A DNA stretch of 63,736 nucleotides, the filler included, from Octopus bimaculoides (Eukaryota): assembly GCF_001194135.2 (NCBI RefSeq). It is 8 parts of 8 records of this genome, joined end to end, with 100 filler letters (N's around TTAATTAATTAA, not from the genome) between each part and the next. Parts side by side here need not be neighbours in the genome. Positions count along the whole stretch, not along the records: positions 1 to 25,120 come from NC_068984.1; 7 more parts are not named here. One strand, written 5' to 3'. Position 1 is the stretch's first letter. The number at the start of each line of letters is the position of its first letter. Positions 12,724 to 23,869 of the stretch are shown piece after piece. The notes under the pieces are model-generated. The model made no database searches, had not been told where the DNA came from, and saw only the letters and a program-made list of their open reading frames with translations. Both the position numbers and the translations under genes were made by a program.

Positions 12724-13063
12724 NNNNNNNNNNACACACACACACACACATACAAACATATATATATTTTTTTATTAGATAACCAAATGCATACACGTCC
12801 AACCCCTTTCACGTCTATCTCTCTCACACACAAATAGGCGAATCTATCGTAAACAACATTTACATATGCGTAAGAAGCAGTCGATAATTGACCTAAAAAC
12901 GGCGGCAAAACAACACAGATTTAGGACAATCCACATCAATCGATACCTTAATGAAAACAACCTCCATATCTGCATGTTTACTACACTTATTGACACACGC
13001 ACACATACATAATATGCATGTTCCCTTCGCTCCTTATTTTTCCCCCTTTATTTCTTCGTCCAG

Positions 13064-13120
13064 CTCGAACAAGAACGAAAGCGTTGGAGCTTAGCAAACA
13101 AGGAAGACGTAAATACAAAG
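13064..13120 (+). CDS. Candidate 57-nt internal exon of an unidentified plus-strand gene
   Basis: Strong pyrimidine tract ttcccctttatttcttcgtccAG, donor AAG|GTAGGA; open in phase 0 (LEQERKRWSLANKEDVNTK) and phase 1 (xRTRTKALELSKQGRRKYK). Confidence 0.5.
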
Positions 13121-13767
13121 GTAGGACTTCCAACTAATTAAAGAGTGACCCGGACAAGTAAATAAAGTGATAGGTAGATTACCAAACGAGAAGAGGTCCT
13201 TCACAGAATTATGAAATACCTTTCCTCAATGATTTTAAAAAGGTATTCAGTGGAAGATGGGGTTAAGTTTTTATATAATCATTGAAATATAGCAGCTAGA
13301 TCTCCCACAAAATCACATTCTACCGTAAAAAAAAAAAAGACCAAATTAGATAATCTGATTAGGTCTGTGTATTGTGCCTACGAAAAAAATGGGATGGTCA
13401 CGGACGGAATGCATTTGATCATATATTTTGATCGACCAGTTTACTTGGGCTTAAAAATAATAATAATAATAAAACGTTAACTCAACTGTAAACAAGTTTA
13501 CATTTTGTTTCTAAACTAAATAAAGAGCAATTTAGAAATCTATAAGTGGGGTACTAAGAAATATATTAAAATGGAGTTAATAGGTATATATAAAATCAAA
13601 ACATGTTTTCAGTAGTTTAGAGCAGAGTCCTTAGAAAACGGACAATTTGGTTGGGTTGACGTCTGCAAAAGAAATAAACTAGTTACAAAAAGGGTGGAGG
13701 GTATCACAAGAAGTAAAAACAATAAATAAATAAATAAATCCATATGCATTACGTGTCACTATTTTTA

Positions 13768-14345
13768 TCGAATTGGCAGAATCGTTAGAACGTCGGACAA
13801 AAATGTCTTGCGGTATCGCTTCCGGCTCTTTACGTTCCTTGTTCAAATCCCACCGAGGCCAACTTTGCTTTCACTCTTTCGGTATCGATAAAATAAAGTA
13901 CCAATGAAATACTGGGTCGATGGTATCGACTAAGACTTGCCCCTTGAAAATTGCTAGCCTTGTGCCTAAATTAGAAATTATTACCAAGGCAACGAGCTGG
14001 CAGAATCGTGAGGACGCCGGACAAAATGCTTAGCGGCATTTCGTCCGTCTTTATGTTCTCAGTTCAAATTCCGCTGAGGTCGACTTTGCTTTTCATCCTT
14101 TTGCGGTCGATGAAATAAGTACCAGTTGAACATTGGTAATCGACTAGCCCCACTTCCCCCAATATTTCAGGCCTTGTGCCTATAGTAGAAAGGATTAAGG
14201 CAGCTTGAACCGTCAGAAAAAATGCTTTGCGATATTTCTCATGGCTCTTTACGATCTGGGTTCAAATCCCACCGGAGTCAATGTACAGGAATTGATAGTG
14301 TTAACAACTCACGCCTCGCCTCAAAATTGCCTAACTTAGAAACTA
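13768..14345 (+). mobile_element. Three head-to-tail family-B SINEs; 13988-14197 is near full length
   Basis: ggcaacgagctggcagaatcg head, B-box agttcaaattcc, central gaggtcgactttgcttttcatcc...ataagtacc, tail gtagaaaggatta. Confidence 0.92.
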
Positions 14346-16034
14346 TTAATATTATTGGATATATTTAATTTATTCAATATGATCAGTATATAAGAAATAA
14401 AATTTGTATAACAATGAAGTTCGTGCTTACTGTATGGTGGAAACAGATAATGCACAATTAAATACTTAAGTTGACAAGAGTGTTTGCAAACTCAGCAACT
14501 TATACCTGTCGCTTGCCAACTTCGTCTAAAATTAAACTCGTCTTCTACATGACTGCGACGTACAAAGTTTCAACTAAACAAATAGATCAAGACTTCTCAC
14601 AGAAGTTTCATTACATGAAATATATAGATGACTAACATCAAATATGAATAGAAGTTTAAGTTTACCAAACTAACTGTTTTTCGATCAATGTTATAAAATA
14701 ATAACAGAAAACATTTTTTTTTATATATAGGCAAAAATGTCCCAGATTTTTAAGAACGTCTCATAAACACGAATTCTGTTAAGTGAAAGAAAATCTTTAT
14801 CTGTAAATATTAACTTTCGTTATATAATAAATAAGGTGCGTTGTAGAAGTGTTATGTCGTTGAGCTGAGCCTGAGTTCAATTCCCAATTACAGCTGTTAA
14901 CCATGAACGTCACACAATCTACCAGGTTCTCCATATACACCAGAAATCCTTATTTCTATAAAAGACATCAACATACTAATTAAATAACAACGATAATATG
15001 AATATCAAGTTGGTTATGAAATCCGACATCAGATAACAATAACAGTTTATTCTAGTGAAGAACTTGGCTGGTACGGTGATGTTTGACTGCAGGCGATTTA
15101 CAAGACAAGCTGCTGAAAACGAACCGAGCCAAAAACAAGCCAGCTAAGCAAGAATGAATGTATTAAAGTCTATCATAATAATTCTTCCAATAACTTCCAA
15201 CCTTAAATTATCGACAGCAGATGCCAGCCACCCTGCCACACGTGGCTAGTATCATCAGTACACCCGATTATATAACACGAGGTTTTATAGTTTTACAATA
15301 GACATGTCTAGTGTATGTCTGTGTCTTGCAAGAAAAACGGACAATAATTCCTACGTAAGCAGAACGGTGATGGACGATGGTTGGTTCAGTGATCGCCTGT
15401 AGCCATTCAAGAGGCTGAACCAAAATCATTTACGCTTAACATCATAAGTATTTCTTATATTTCATCAGAAACGAGAACCCAAAAATTATTATTTCTTATG
15501 ATTAGGCAAAATACCAACTTTTGATGGTGTATGCAGAAAATAGTCGGTTGGCTTGACCTATGATATTACTGGTACATATTTCATCTCGCTTTGGTGGACA
15601 AAGGGTTACATTTGAACTCAAAACCTAAAAGGATTAAATACTATCATTAATTTAAACATACATTTTACCATATCTGTCATAACCAATCGTCGGACAGTTC
15701 AAAAGTCCAACAATGTTAACAATTTTTTTTTGATTATTCGAGGACATTTTTGGGGAGAGAGAAGAGGAGTACGGTCGATGGAATATTGTTAAGTGCACCC
15801 ATATCATCGAACACCCAAGATGAAAAGCAAAGCCGTCCCCATGGGAATTTTAATCCAGAAGTCATTTACAGAACAAAGCACCGTAAAATGTTTAGGTACC
15901 TCTAAATTGTCTCCACCAATTCTACACCCTTAATAAAAATTAGTAACAAGTTAATCGTGAATCTTTCAATGATGCAACAGAAGTTAATTAACAATGGTCA
16001 AATGTGTATACAGATAGATATATAAAAGTCTCAC

Positions 16035-16350
16035 CATGATATCGATCCGATGGTAATTTGTCAGCTTCAGTTAAGCTAACTAATGTGTAAGCGTAGAATA
16101 AAAGTATGGACAAAATGAAGGTTACGGACGAAGTATGTGAAAAATGTTGTAAGCCGGACAGACAAAAAAATCTGAGGCTGTGTTTAGTCGTTTGGTACTC
16201 AGTGGTCCTTTCATGGAGCTCAATATAAGGACAGCCATACGTTGTTGGCCGCATGTTAGGCAGAGCCGGTAATAGAAGTTCAGAAGAATATGCTGGACTG
16301 TTTTCATCAAAGCTGTTGTCCTGGTAATTGTGGTTGTTTTTGTGGTACAT
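16035..16350 (-). CDS. Probable first coding exon of a secreted or membrane protein; intron continues leftwards
   Basis: caaaaATG start, 105 open codons ending in hydrophobic SVTFILSILLFYAYTLVSLTEA-DKLPSDRYH, then phase-1 donor G|GTGAGA at 16034; non-repetitive CpG-containing sequence. Confidence 0.6.
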
Positions 16351-16714
16351 TTTTGGGAAAGGCTAACTCGGCTGGAAACCGTTTCAAGGCTACACAAAGT
16401 TGTGACAAAACATTTGACAGCCACGAGACGGCTGTGTGGAGCAAATAGAATCTTGTTCACTTCAATAAACAGCAACGAGAAGTGGTGGAAAATAGGTAAA
16501 CATTAGTGAACACAGGTGTTCAACTTAGATGTATATAATATATACATGTATCAAATTAAATTAATGAAATACACGGACGGGTGATGGCAGAGGTTTTTGT
16601 GTAGCTGTGATGTGCTTTCTCTTCTAATTAAGCGTTTGTAAATTTTACTTACGAAGACAAAATGCTTCGTTCTGTTTCTGCAGCTTTGTTCACAACAAAC
16701 TGGACTCAAAAACA

Positions 16715-16855
16715 CAGTTCGAATGACGAGCATTGAGAATTCGTAGATCCATAATGATTCTAGCAGTTAACAGGATTATTTAAGGTCCATGACGGACGGT
16801 AGTAGAACGAATAAACGGGACGGGGCTGGCAACTGTAGTGTTATTGACGTCGAAC
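16715..16855 (-). promoter_or_regulatory. Candidate promoter of the minus-strand gene
   Basis: Inr-like TCATTC (minus strand, 16721-16726), CRE-like TGACGTC (16845-16851), CpG-rich unique sequence ~370-500 bp upstream of the ATG. Confidence 0.3.
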
Positions 16856-17675
16856 TTATACTATAAAATGTGTATATATGCGTGCGTATTTGTATGTGTG
16901 TGTATAAGCATGTGTATCTACGTATATATGTATACGCGTATGTCTTTATGTGAGTGTGTATATGCGTATGTATTTATGTTATGTGTGCGTTTTACGAAAT
17001 TTTATCAATGGCGGACTTGTGACATGCGCAGTGATACTCAGCTGCTGCTACACACACACACATACACACACACAAGTTGTTTGTCTCAAATCTCCAAGAC
17101 TTACTCATTCTTTCAATCATTTCTTCATTTCCCTTGCTTTTGTTTTTCTCTCAGTTCTCCCCATCCAACTCTATTCCGTTTCTCTGCTTCGTAAAATGTT
17201 TTACATTTTTTTTTATTACTAGTTTTAATTTTATTATTATTCTTTCACTTTTATTACCTTTTCATAACAATTTTTCTCTCGTCTAATTTGTTTAGCCCTT
17301 GATTCCTATTATTGTTTTCTTAAAACCCCTCCCTTCCTTTCATTTTCACGCTAATTCTACACCTAGTTTCTCTATCTATCTATCTATCTCATGTACACAC
17401 ACATATATAAATATATATTTATATATATATATAGTTTTCTTTATGCATTGTTTTCCTTTCTCCCTATTCCTTTCAATAAAAGGAATATGTTTTCGTTCCA
17501 TATATCCTTATTTTCTCTTCACTTTTTTTTTTTTTTTGCCCTTAATCAGTTTCTTCACTGTAAACAACATCTTCCTCCCTCGTTCCATTTTACTCTATCT
17601 ATTTCTCCTCCACCTTACTCTTTTCTCTGACTCTTTCGTTTTACACTTCCTCCTTCTCTGCCTTTTTCTGTCTCA

Positions 17676-17708
<33 letters not shown>

Positions 17709-17851
17709 GCTATCCCTTTTCTTCACTTGCTGTGACTGTCTCTTTCTCACTACTATCGCCATTCTTTCTAACCTTTCTTTATGTCTTCAATTTTTAGTTT
17801 CTCTCTCTAAGACACTAATATTTCTCTTTCCTTCAATATTCACATGTCTCT

Positions 17852-17882
<31 letters not shown>

Positions 17883-18082
17883 GAAGAGAGAGAGAGCGGG
17901 GAGGGTGAGTTGATTGCCTTAGCACACAAGGCCACCAAATTATAGGGCAAGGTAACGAGATGGTGTATCATTCATGCCTTTCTTAAAATTAAGGCTAGAT
18001 GAAGGTTCTATGTGAGTGCGTGTGCGTGATTGTATATTTATGTGTGTAATAACTGGTTGTTTTTTTTTTACTTCTTCTACAG

Positions 18083-18174
18083 CCACGTTTTCAACCACTC
18101 CGTTGTTCCTCCTCCCACTCATACTATTACTTGTCTGTTACACTAGTTGTTTACACACATTCTGTTCGACTTGA
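18083..18174 (+). CDS. Candidate terminal coding exon with hydrophobic C-tail (GPI or tail-anchor-like)
   Basis: Strong acceptor gttttttttttacttcttctacAG; phase-1 frame xTFSTTPLFLLPLILLLVCYTSCLHTFCST*; AATAAA near 18459. Could instead be a UTR exon. Confidence 0.4.
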
Positions 18175-18989
18175 ACTGCAACGATGTAAAGAAAGAAAGG
18201 AAGAAAAAAATAGTTTGCCATGAGTTATTACATAGACATTCTAGTTATGTTCAGTTATTTTTACATTCAGTCATTGACATCATCACTACCACTACCATCA
18301 TCATTGTCAGTATTATTATTGTTTTTCGTTATTATACGAGTAGTTAACGAAAGCAACCATTATTACAGTCAAATGAAATTACATCCTTATTAATTATTAT
18401 CCAAGTATTCTAATCTTATAATTATCATTATCTTCAAGTTGCTTCGTTCACCTTTACAATAATAAAAAAAAACAGCTTCCATTATGTTTGCCATTTCTGA
18501 TATAACCAACCAGTTAAAATGACAGCCAACGATGGCTATAAACCCAGAAATGACCATCCAAACAACAGCCTATTTTCAAGCCAGCTAATGTTTCCCACTG
18601 ACTGAGACAGGAATCTATAAATATTTATGAAAACAGTTATAAACAGTAAGGTCATTCCTGTCTGTTTCTACTGGAAAACAACCTAGCTGATCTTTGTAGT
18701 CACATCTGTCAAGATAGTTCTGGAGTAACAATGAGTTGGCACATAAGCAAGTTCATGAGAAACTGTCACATGCTTGTGTGTCAAACGTATTAATACGGGA
18801 TTTTTTTGGTTAGGCACAAGGTTACTTTTCAGAGGAGGGGATTGTTGATTGAATTGTATGGACTGTCGTGGGATATATATATATATATAACAACATTTAT
18901 CCAATCATGATCTGAACTCAAAATCTTGAATGAAGACAATAATACGTTTAGTCTTAAATTTACTGTTGCTCGCTATTTCTGTTACATCT

Positions 18990-19650
18990 GTGTGGACACT
19001 CTACCTACTTGAAATAACAGCCAAATCTCCCTCAAAATACACCTTACAATGTTCTAAAGGAAGAAAAGATACACTGGACATTATGCTGGATATTCAAAAA
19101 GGCATGATGAACAAGGCTGAAAAGTTTTCTTTTATCATCTTCATCTTCTGGTTGAGCTTGCTGAGACATTTTTAAACTGTACACATCATCCATCTCAATC
19201 CCGCATTAATTAAAGGGAGTCTTCAGAGTGGCATCCAGGGCCTCCAGCAAGTTGATCTGTATACATTGTGTTTGGACAACCTGCTCAAGTATGACAATAC
19301 TTTATTATCCATAACAGTAGGTCACTTGCCAGCCCTTGTGTGGCTCAGCTGCAATGTCCCACAAGTATCTTTCCTTTATAATGGTTGAAATAGGCAGGAG
19401 ATCTCCATACAGCTGGATGTTGTCTGGAAATCAACCATCAGACAATCTTAAGAAGTTTTTCCATGCAACAATAGTGTCAGTCCTTTTATATGAAGCAACA
19501 ACCTGGACATTTACTGAAAAACTGGAATCCAAACTAGATGGAAATTACACTCAAATATTAAGAGCTGTCTTAAATGTATCTTGAAGAACCCTTTTATCAT
19601 AGGTCTCTTCAATCAAGGCTGATCTGTTACTAAACAATAACTCATCAGCC
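18990..19650 (+). mobile_element. Family-D repeat split by an RTE insertion
   Basis: Rejoined ...aacaaggctgaaaagttttcttttatcat|aggtctcttcaatcaaggctgatct...ctaaacaataac matches the D motif ctttgatcataggtct at 48680-48730. Confidence 0.75.
19139..19587 (-). mobile_element. RTE LINE insertion with 5' inversion (twin priming) and 10-bp TSD
   Basis: TSD cttttatcat at 19129-19138 and 19591-19600; 19425-19587 reads on plus (WKS...KKFFHATIVSVLLYEATTW...LNVS*R), 19139-19425 reads on minus (RQHP..QLYGDLLPISTIIKER..LVGHC..SDLLLW..TDQL) ending in a gatgaagatgat tail. Confidence 0.88.
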
Positions 19651-19796
19651 ATGTTTCTTTTAATTAATAAAGCATTAACACATTGTTTTCCATAATCTAT
19701 CTCTGAGAACATTTATAGCAAATATGAAATGATGAAATGAATTCAACTGTTATAGATTTACCTTAGTCAAAGTTTAATTGCAAATGACATTGCAAT

Positions 19797-20010
19797 ATTG
19801 GTTTCAATTTTTGACACAAGGTCAGCAATTTTGGAAAGGCTGTAAGTCAGTTACCTCAACCTCTATGCTCAATTGGTACTTATTTTATCAACCCCAAAAG
19901 GATGAAAGGCAAAGTCAACCTCAGTAGGATTTGAACTCAGAACAAAAAGACAGACAAAATGTTACGAAGCATTTTTCCCGGGATGTTAACAATTCTGCAA
20001 GCCTACCTCC
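19797..20010 (-). mobile_element. Family-B SINE
   Basis: ggtacttattttatcaaccccaaaaggatgaaaggcaaagtcaacc core. Confidence 0.85.
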
Positions 20011-20244
20011 CTAATACACTACACTATTAATTTGCATGATTTGCAATGTAGCTTTGAGTTCAGGCAATATGTCTTGTCCATAAATGTGAAACTAGCAACT
20101 GGTTGTTGTGGAAATTAAGATGAGAAATATTCTTAATGGTATTAGAATGAGCTTGGTGTTGCTAAAAAAGTAGTATTGGGACTCTAACCAAATTCATTCC
20201 CAAACAAGAATGAAGGTATCATGGTAAAAATTAACAAAAGGATC

Positions 20245-20480
20245 ACTACTACTTATAGCCTTGCTTTCCATCTCTTACAGCAGATAATCATTATTATTTC
20301 AATGTCCACTGTTTCACGCTTGCTTGAGTCAGACAGAATTCATCGAGGAGATTTTTTGTGGCCAGATGCTATTCCTGTCGCCAACCCTCACCTGTTTCCA
20401 AGGAGAGAAATATTTTTCCATGGCTGGACATATTATCAAACAAGAATGGAAATGAATGATACCACTTGGATGACACTATC
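20245..20480 (-). mobile_element. Family-A-related SINE variant
   Basis: ggccagatgctattcctgtcgccaacc motif (reverse complement of gttggcgacaggaa..gcatc). Confidence 0.65.
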
Positions 20481-20534
20481 ACTGCTTTACAACCATTGCA
20501 AAATGTCAAGACATTAAAACACACATATACATAT

Positions 20535-20690
20535 ACAATGGGCTTCTTTCAGTTTTGGACTACCAGATTCATTCACAAGAATTTCATTGGCCCAGGGCTA
20601 TAGTAGAAGGCACTTACTTAAGATACTGCATTGTGGGACTGAATCTGAAACCATAGGAAGTGAACTTTTTAACAAAGCCAACTATGTCTG
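20535..20690 (-). mobile_element. Family-F SINE
   Basis: gggcttctttcagtt...ggctatagtagaaggcactt motif. Confidence 0.8.
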
Positions 20691-21289
20691 TTATAAATGT
20701 AAAACAGAATGAGAGCTATTCAGTTTTTGAAACAACTTTTGTTTCCTTCATGATTAATGAAAAAGAGCTTGACTCAGTTTCTGAACTACAACCCCTTCAA
20801 TTACTTATACCATACTGACATAGGTTGGACGGTTTAGCAGGATCCTGTGAGCTGCAGGACTGTGTCATTTTTGTTTTCAATCTCATCTTTGGCATGGTTT
20901 CTATGGTTGGATGACCTTCCTAATATCAACAATTTTGTAGTGTGTAATAAATGTGTGTTTTTTTTTTTTTTTTCATGCCTTCAGCCCTAGTGAGGTTGCC
21001 AAGTAACTTGTAAGACAAGAAAAAACCCTTGACTGAATGAGGAGAGGTTATATTTGAGAGAGGGGCAGGTGGTTTTGTGCCAGACATTGAGAAGCTATGC
21101 ATTTTCTCATATGCTGTACTCTACCTGTGGATGCAATATATAAACTCAGAATTGAAATTCTGATGACTTGAGCCAAATAATGCTTGTAGAAAATTTTAAA
21201 ACTGTGATTGAGAGAGTTTATCACTCTGATTGTTAGTAATATCTGTTAGATGTGAATTCTCAATCTGTTGAATTACTATTTCTGTATTT

Positions 21290-21470
21290 CAAGGGACAGA
21301 GTAAATCGATTGCATTGCCTCCAGTGATCAGCTGGTACTTATTTTATCAAATCCTAATAGATGAAAGGCAAAGACAACCTCTGCAGAATCTGAGCTCAGA
21401 ACATAAAGACTAACAATACTGCAAAGCACTTTGCCTGATGTGCTAACGATTCTACCAGCTGACCACCTTA
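21290..21470 (-). mobile_element. Family-B SINE
   Basis: Core motif as above. Confidence 0.75.
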
Positions 21471-21819
21471 ATTAGAAATATTAACTTGTGCACTGAAGAA
21501 TGTTTTTCAAATAAAAGGTTTATTAATTTCTGACCACAGAATAAATTGGCTCCCTATTCTTTGATGTCTTTCCCTATGTGACCACTCTCATAACTGTATG
21601 CATCTTCTAAAGTTGTTCAATTGAAATTTGTTTAGCTTACAACCATATAAAAATCTAATTCTACAGAAGATAAACTTTGAGGACCTCTGGACTTGAAGTA
21701 CGTTCAGAATCTTCCTTCACCACAAGTCATGTCTTAATGAATTGTTGTATAACTGTTATATATCAATCTGCATGAAAAATAATTAAAAGATCGAAATCGT
21801 GATTGAACCAAATTCGATG

Positions 21820-22280
21820 ACTGGCACCTGTGCCGGTGTAGCGCTAAGAGCATCGTCCGAGCGTGATCATTACCAGAGCAGCTATCTGGCTTCTGTGCCA
21901 GTGACACGTAAATAGCACCATTTGAGCGTGATCGTTACCAGCGTCGCCTTACTGGCACTTGTGCCGGTGGCACATGAAAAAACATTCGAGTGATGTCGTT
22001 GCCAGTGCTGCTGAACTGGCTCCTGTGCAGGTGGCACGTAAAATACACCATTTTGAGCGTGGCCGTTGCCAGTATCGCCTGACTGGCCCTCGTGCTGGTG
22101 GCACATAAAAGCTCTCACTACACTCTTGGAGTGGTTGGTGTTAGGAAGGACATCCAGCTGTAGAAACTCTGTCAGATCAGATTGGAGCCTGGTGCAGCCA
22201 TCTGGTTCACCAGTCCCCAGTCAAATCGTCCAACCCATGCCAGCATGGAAAGCGGATGTTAAACGATGATGATGATGATT
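21820..22280 (+). mobile_element. Family-A SINE with internal ~60-65-bp tandem repeats
   Basis: About five units of gagcgtgatcgttaccag...ctggc..gtgccggtggcacgtaaaa followed by the canonical A 3' end and (GAT)n tail. Confidence 0.88.
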
Positions 22281-23444
22281 TATGAATGTCTTTTTTTAAA
22301 AACATGACAAAAATGTCAGCAAAATAGCAGCTTGACACATTACAATATTAATAATGCTATATCACCATTAAAAATAAACAAATATTATATTACATTATTG
22401 AATAAATAAATAGCTTACAATGAGGTAATTTAATTTTCCCCATCTCAAAAACACATTAATTCAGCCTGGAAATGGAGTTATATTTTGTTTACTATGAGGG
22501 GTTTCTTGCAGAGAGACATTAAGAAGACTCTATGAGTGAAGATTTGGCAGCTTCTGTGTATTCAACATACTATTCCAAACAGCTAAGGCTATGTGCAAAA
22601 GGAAAAAAAAATTTCAAAAAAGAGTGATATTTTTTTGCCTCTACATCTATATGTCCTACTGTTAGATAGATAAAACCAATGGCAAATAAATGCTACATGA
22701 ATGAGTTAGAAAAGGTTAACAAAGTAATTTCACCAAGATAACAGTAAGAGGAGCAAACACACCAATAGTGCTGATCAGTGTTAACCGGTTTCAGCAAATT
22801 TTATATAACTTGCCTACTGGTCAATTAAAATATTATTGATCCTACTTGCTATATATAGAACATGAAGGAATACAGAAAGGCTGAAAAAAGTTGATAGATG
22901 TAATTCAGAATAAGAGACAAAGTTTAAAATTACAGAAGATATTTATGGTAATTATCCACTGATTCCTGATATGGGACAAAATACTACAGCAACAAATTAT
23001 CAAAGTGTACCATGAAAACACTTTAAAAAATGTGAATTCTGAATTCTCCAACTTCTTTTCACCCTCAACTCTTTCATGCACCCCCACCTGCCCATATTCA
23101 CCCATATAATACTCAGAAGGCAAAACTGAAGAGAGAGAATTAAGAAGGGATGTGTGTATGCGTACAAAATTATACATATGTTTGTGAATATCAGAACCAG
23201 CATGCAGATGTTCTGAGAAGGAAGCAAAATGGTCTGAAGATGGAGGAGCTTCCTGAATAGATGATTAAGGAATGATCCGCCTTTAAGCAAGGCAATAATA
23301 CCATCTTGTACTATCTTGTTGATGAAGGGAATATCTTGAGTGGCACCAGTCTAATCTTAACATTTATATTACAAGAAAGTCTGTATGGTAATGCAACCTG
23401 CTAGAGATAACAGTCAAATCTCCCTCTAACATTTATATTCTTTT

Positions 23445-23640
23445 CTACTCTAGGCACAAGGCCCGATAATTTTGGGTGTGGGGGTGTGGGGGGGGGGCCT
23501 CGATTAGATTGATCCCAGTACACAACTGTTACTTAATTTATTGACTCTGAAAGGATGAAAGCAAAGTCGACCTCTGCGGAATTTGAACTCAGAACATAAA
23601 GACGGACTAAATACCGCTAAGCACTTCGCCCGGTGTGCTA
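23445..23640 (-). mobile_element. Family-B SINE
   Basis: aaaggatgaaagcaaagtcgacctctgcggaatttgaactcagaac. Confidence 0.88.
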
Positions 23641-23869
23641 ACATTATATCACAATTAGAAAGCCTTTGTGCATTAATTCAACCCACTAGAAATAGCAGTC
23701 AAATCTCCATCAAGTCTTGAAAAGCATGAAGGATGAGATTGGATGAAAAGGTAGAATGGTCAGGTTTAATTGCTTTGCATCATACATCTAACCAATCAGA
23801 AGTGGCCTGGAACAAAACAGCAATATGAGTTGCATTTCCTGAAGGATTTTCTTTATCATAATGATTGAT

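Noticed and set aside
16276-16498. Plus-strand open frame with a TM-like stretch (RRICWTVFIKAVVLVIVVVFVVHFW) and a GTAAAC donor
   Set aside because: No ATG and no pyrimidine tract at the acceptor; the hydrophobicity is explained as the antisense shadow of Asn/His/Gln codons of the minus-strand exon. Not fully excluded.
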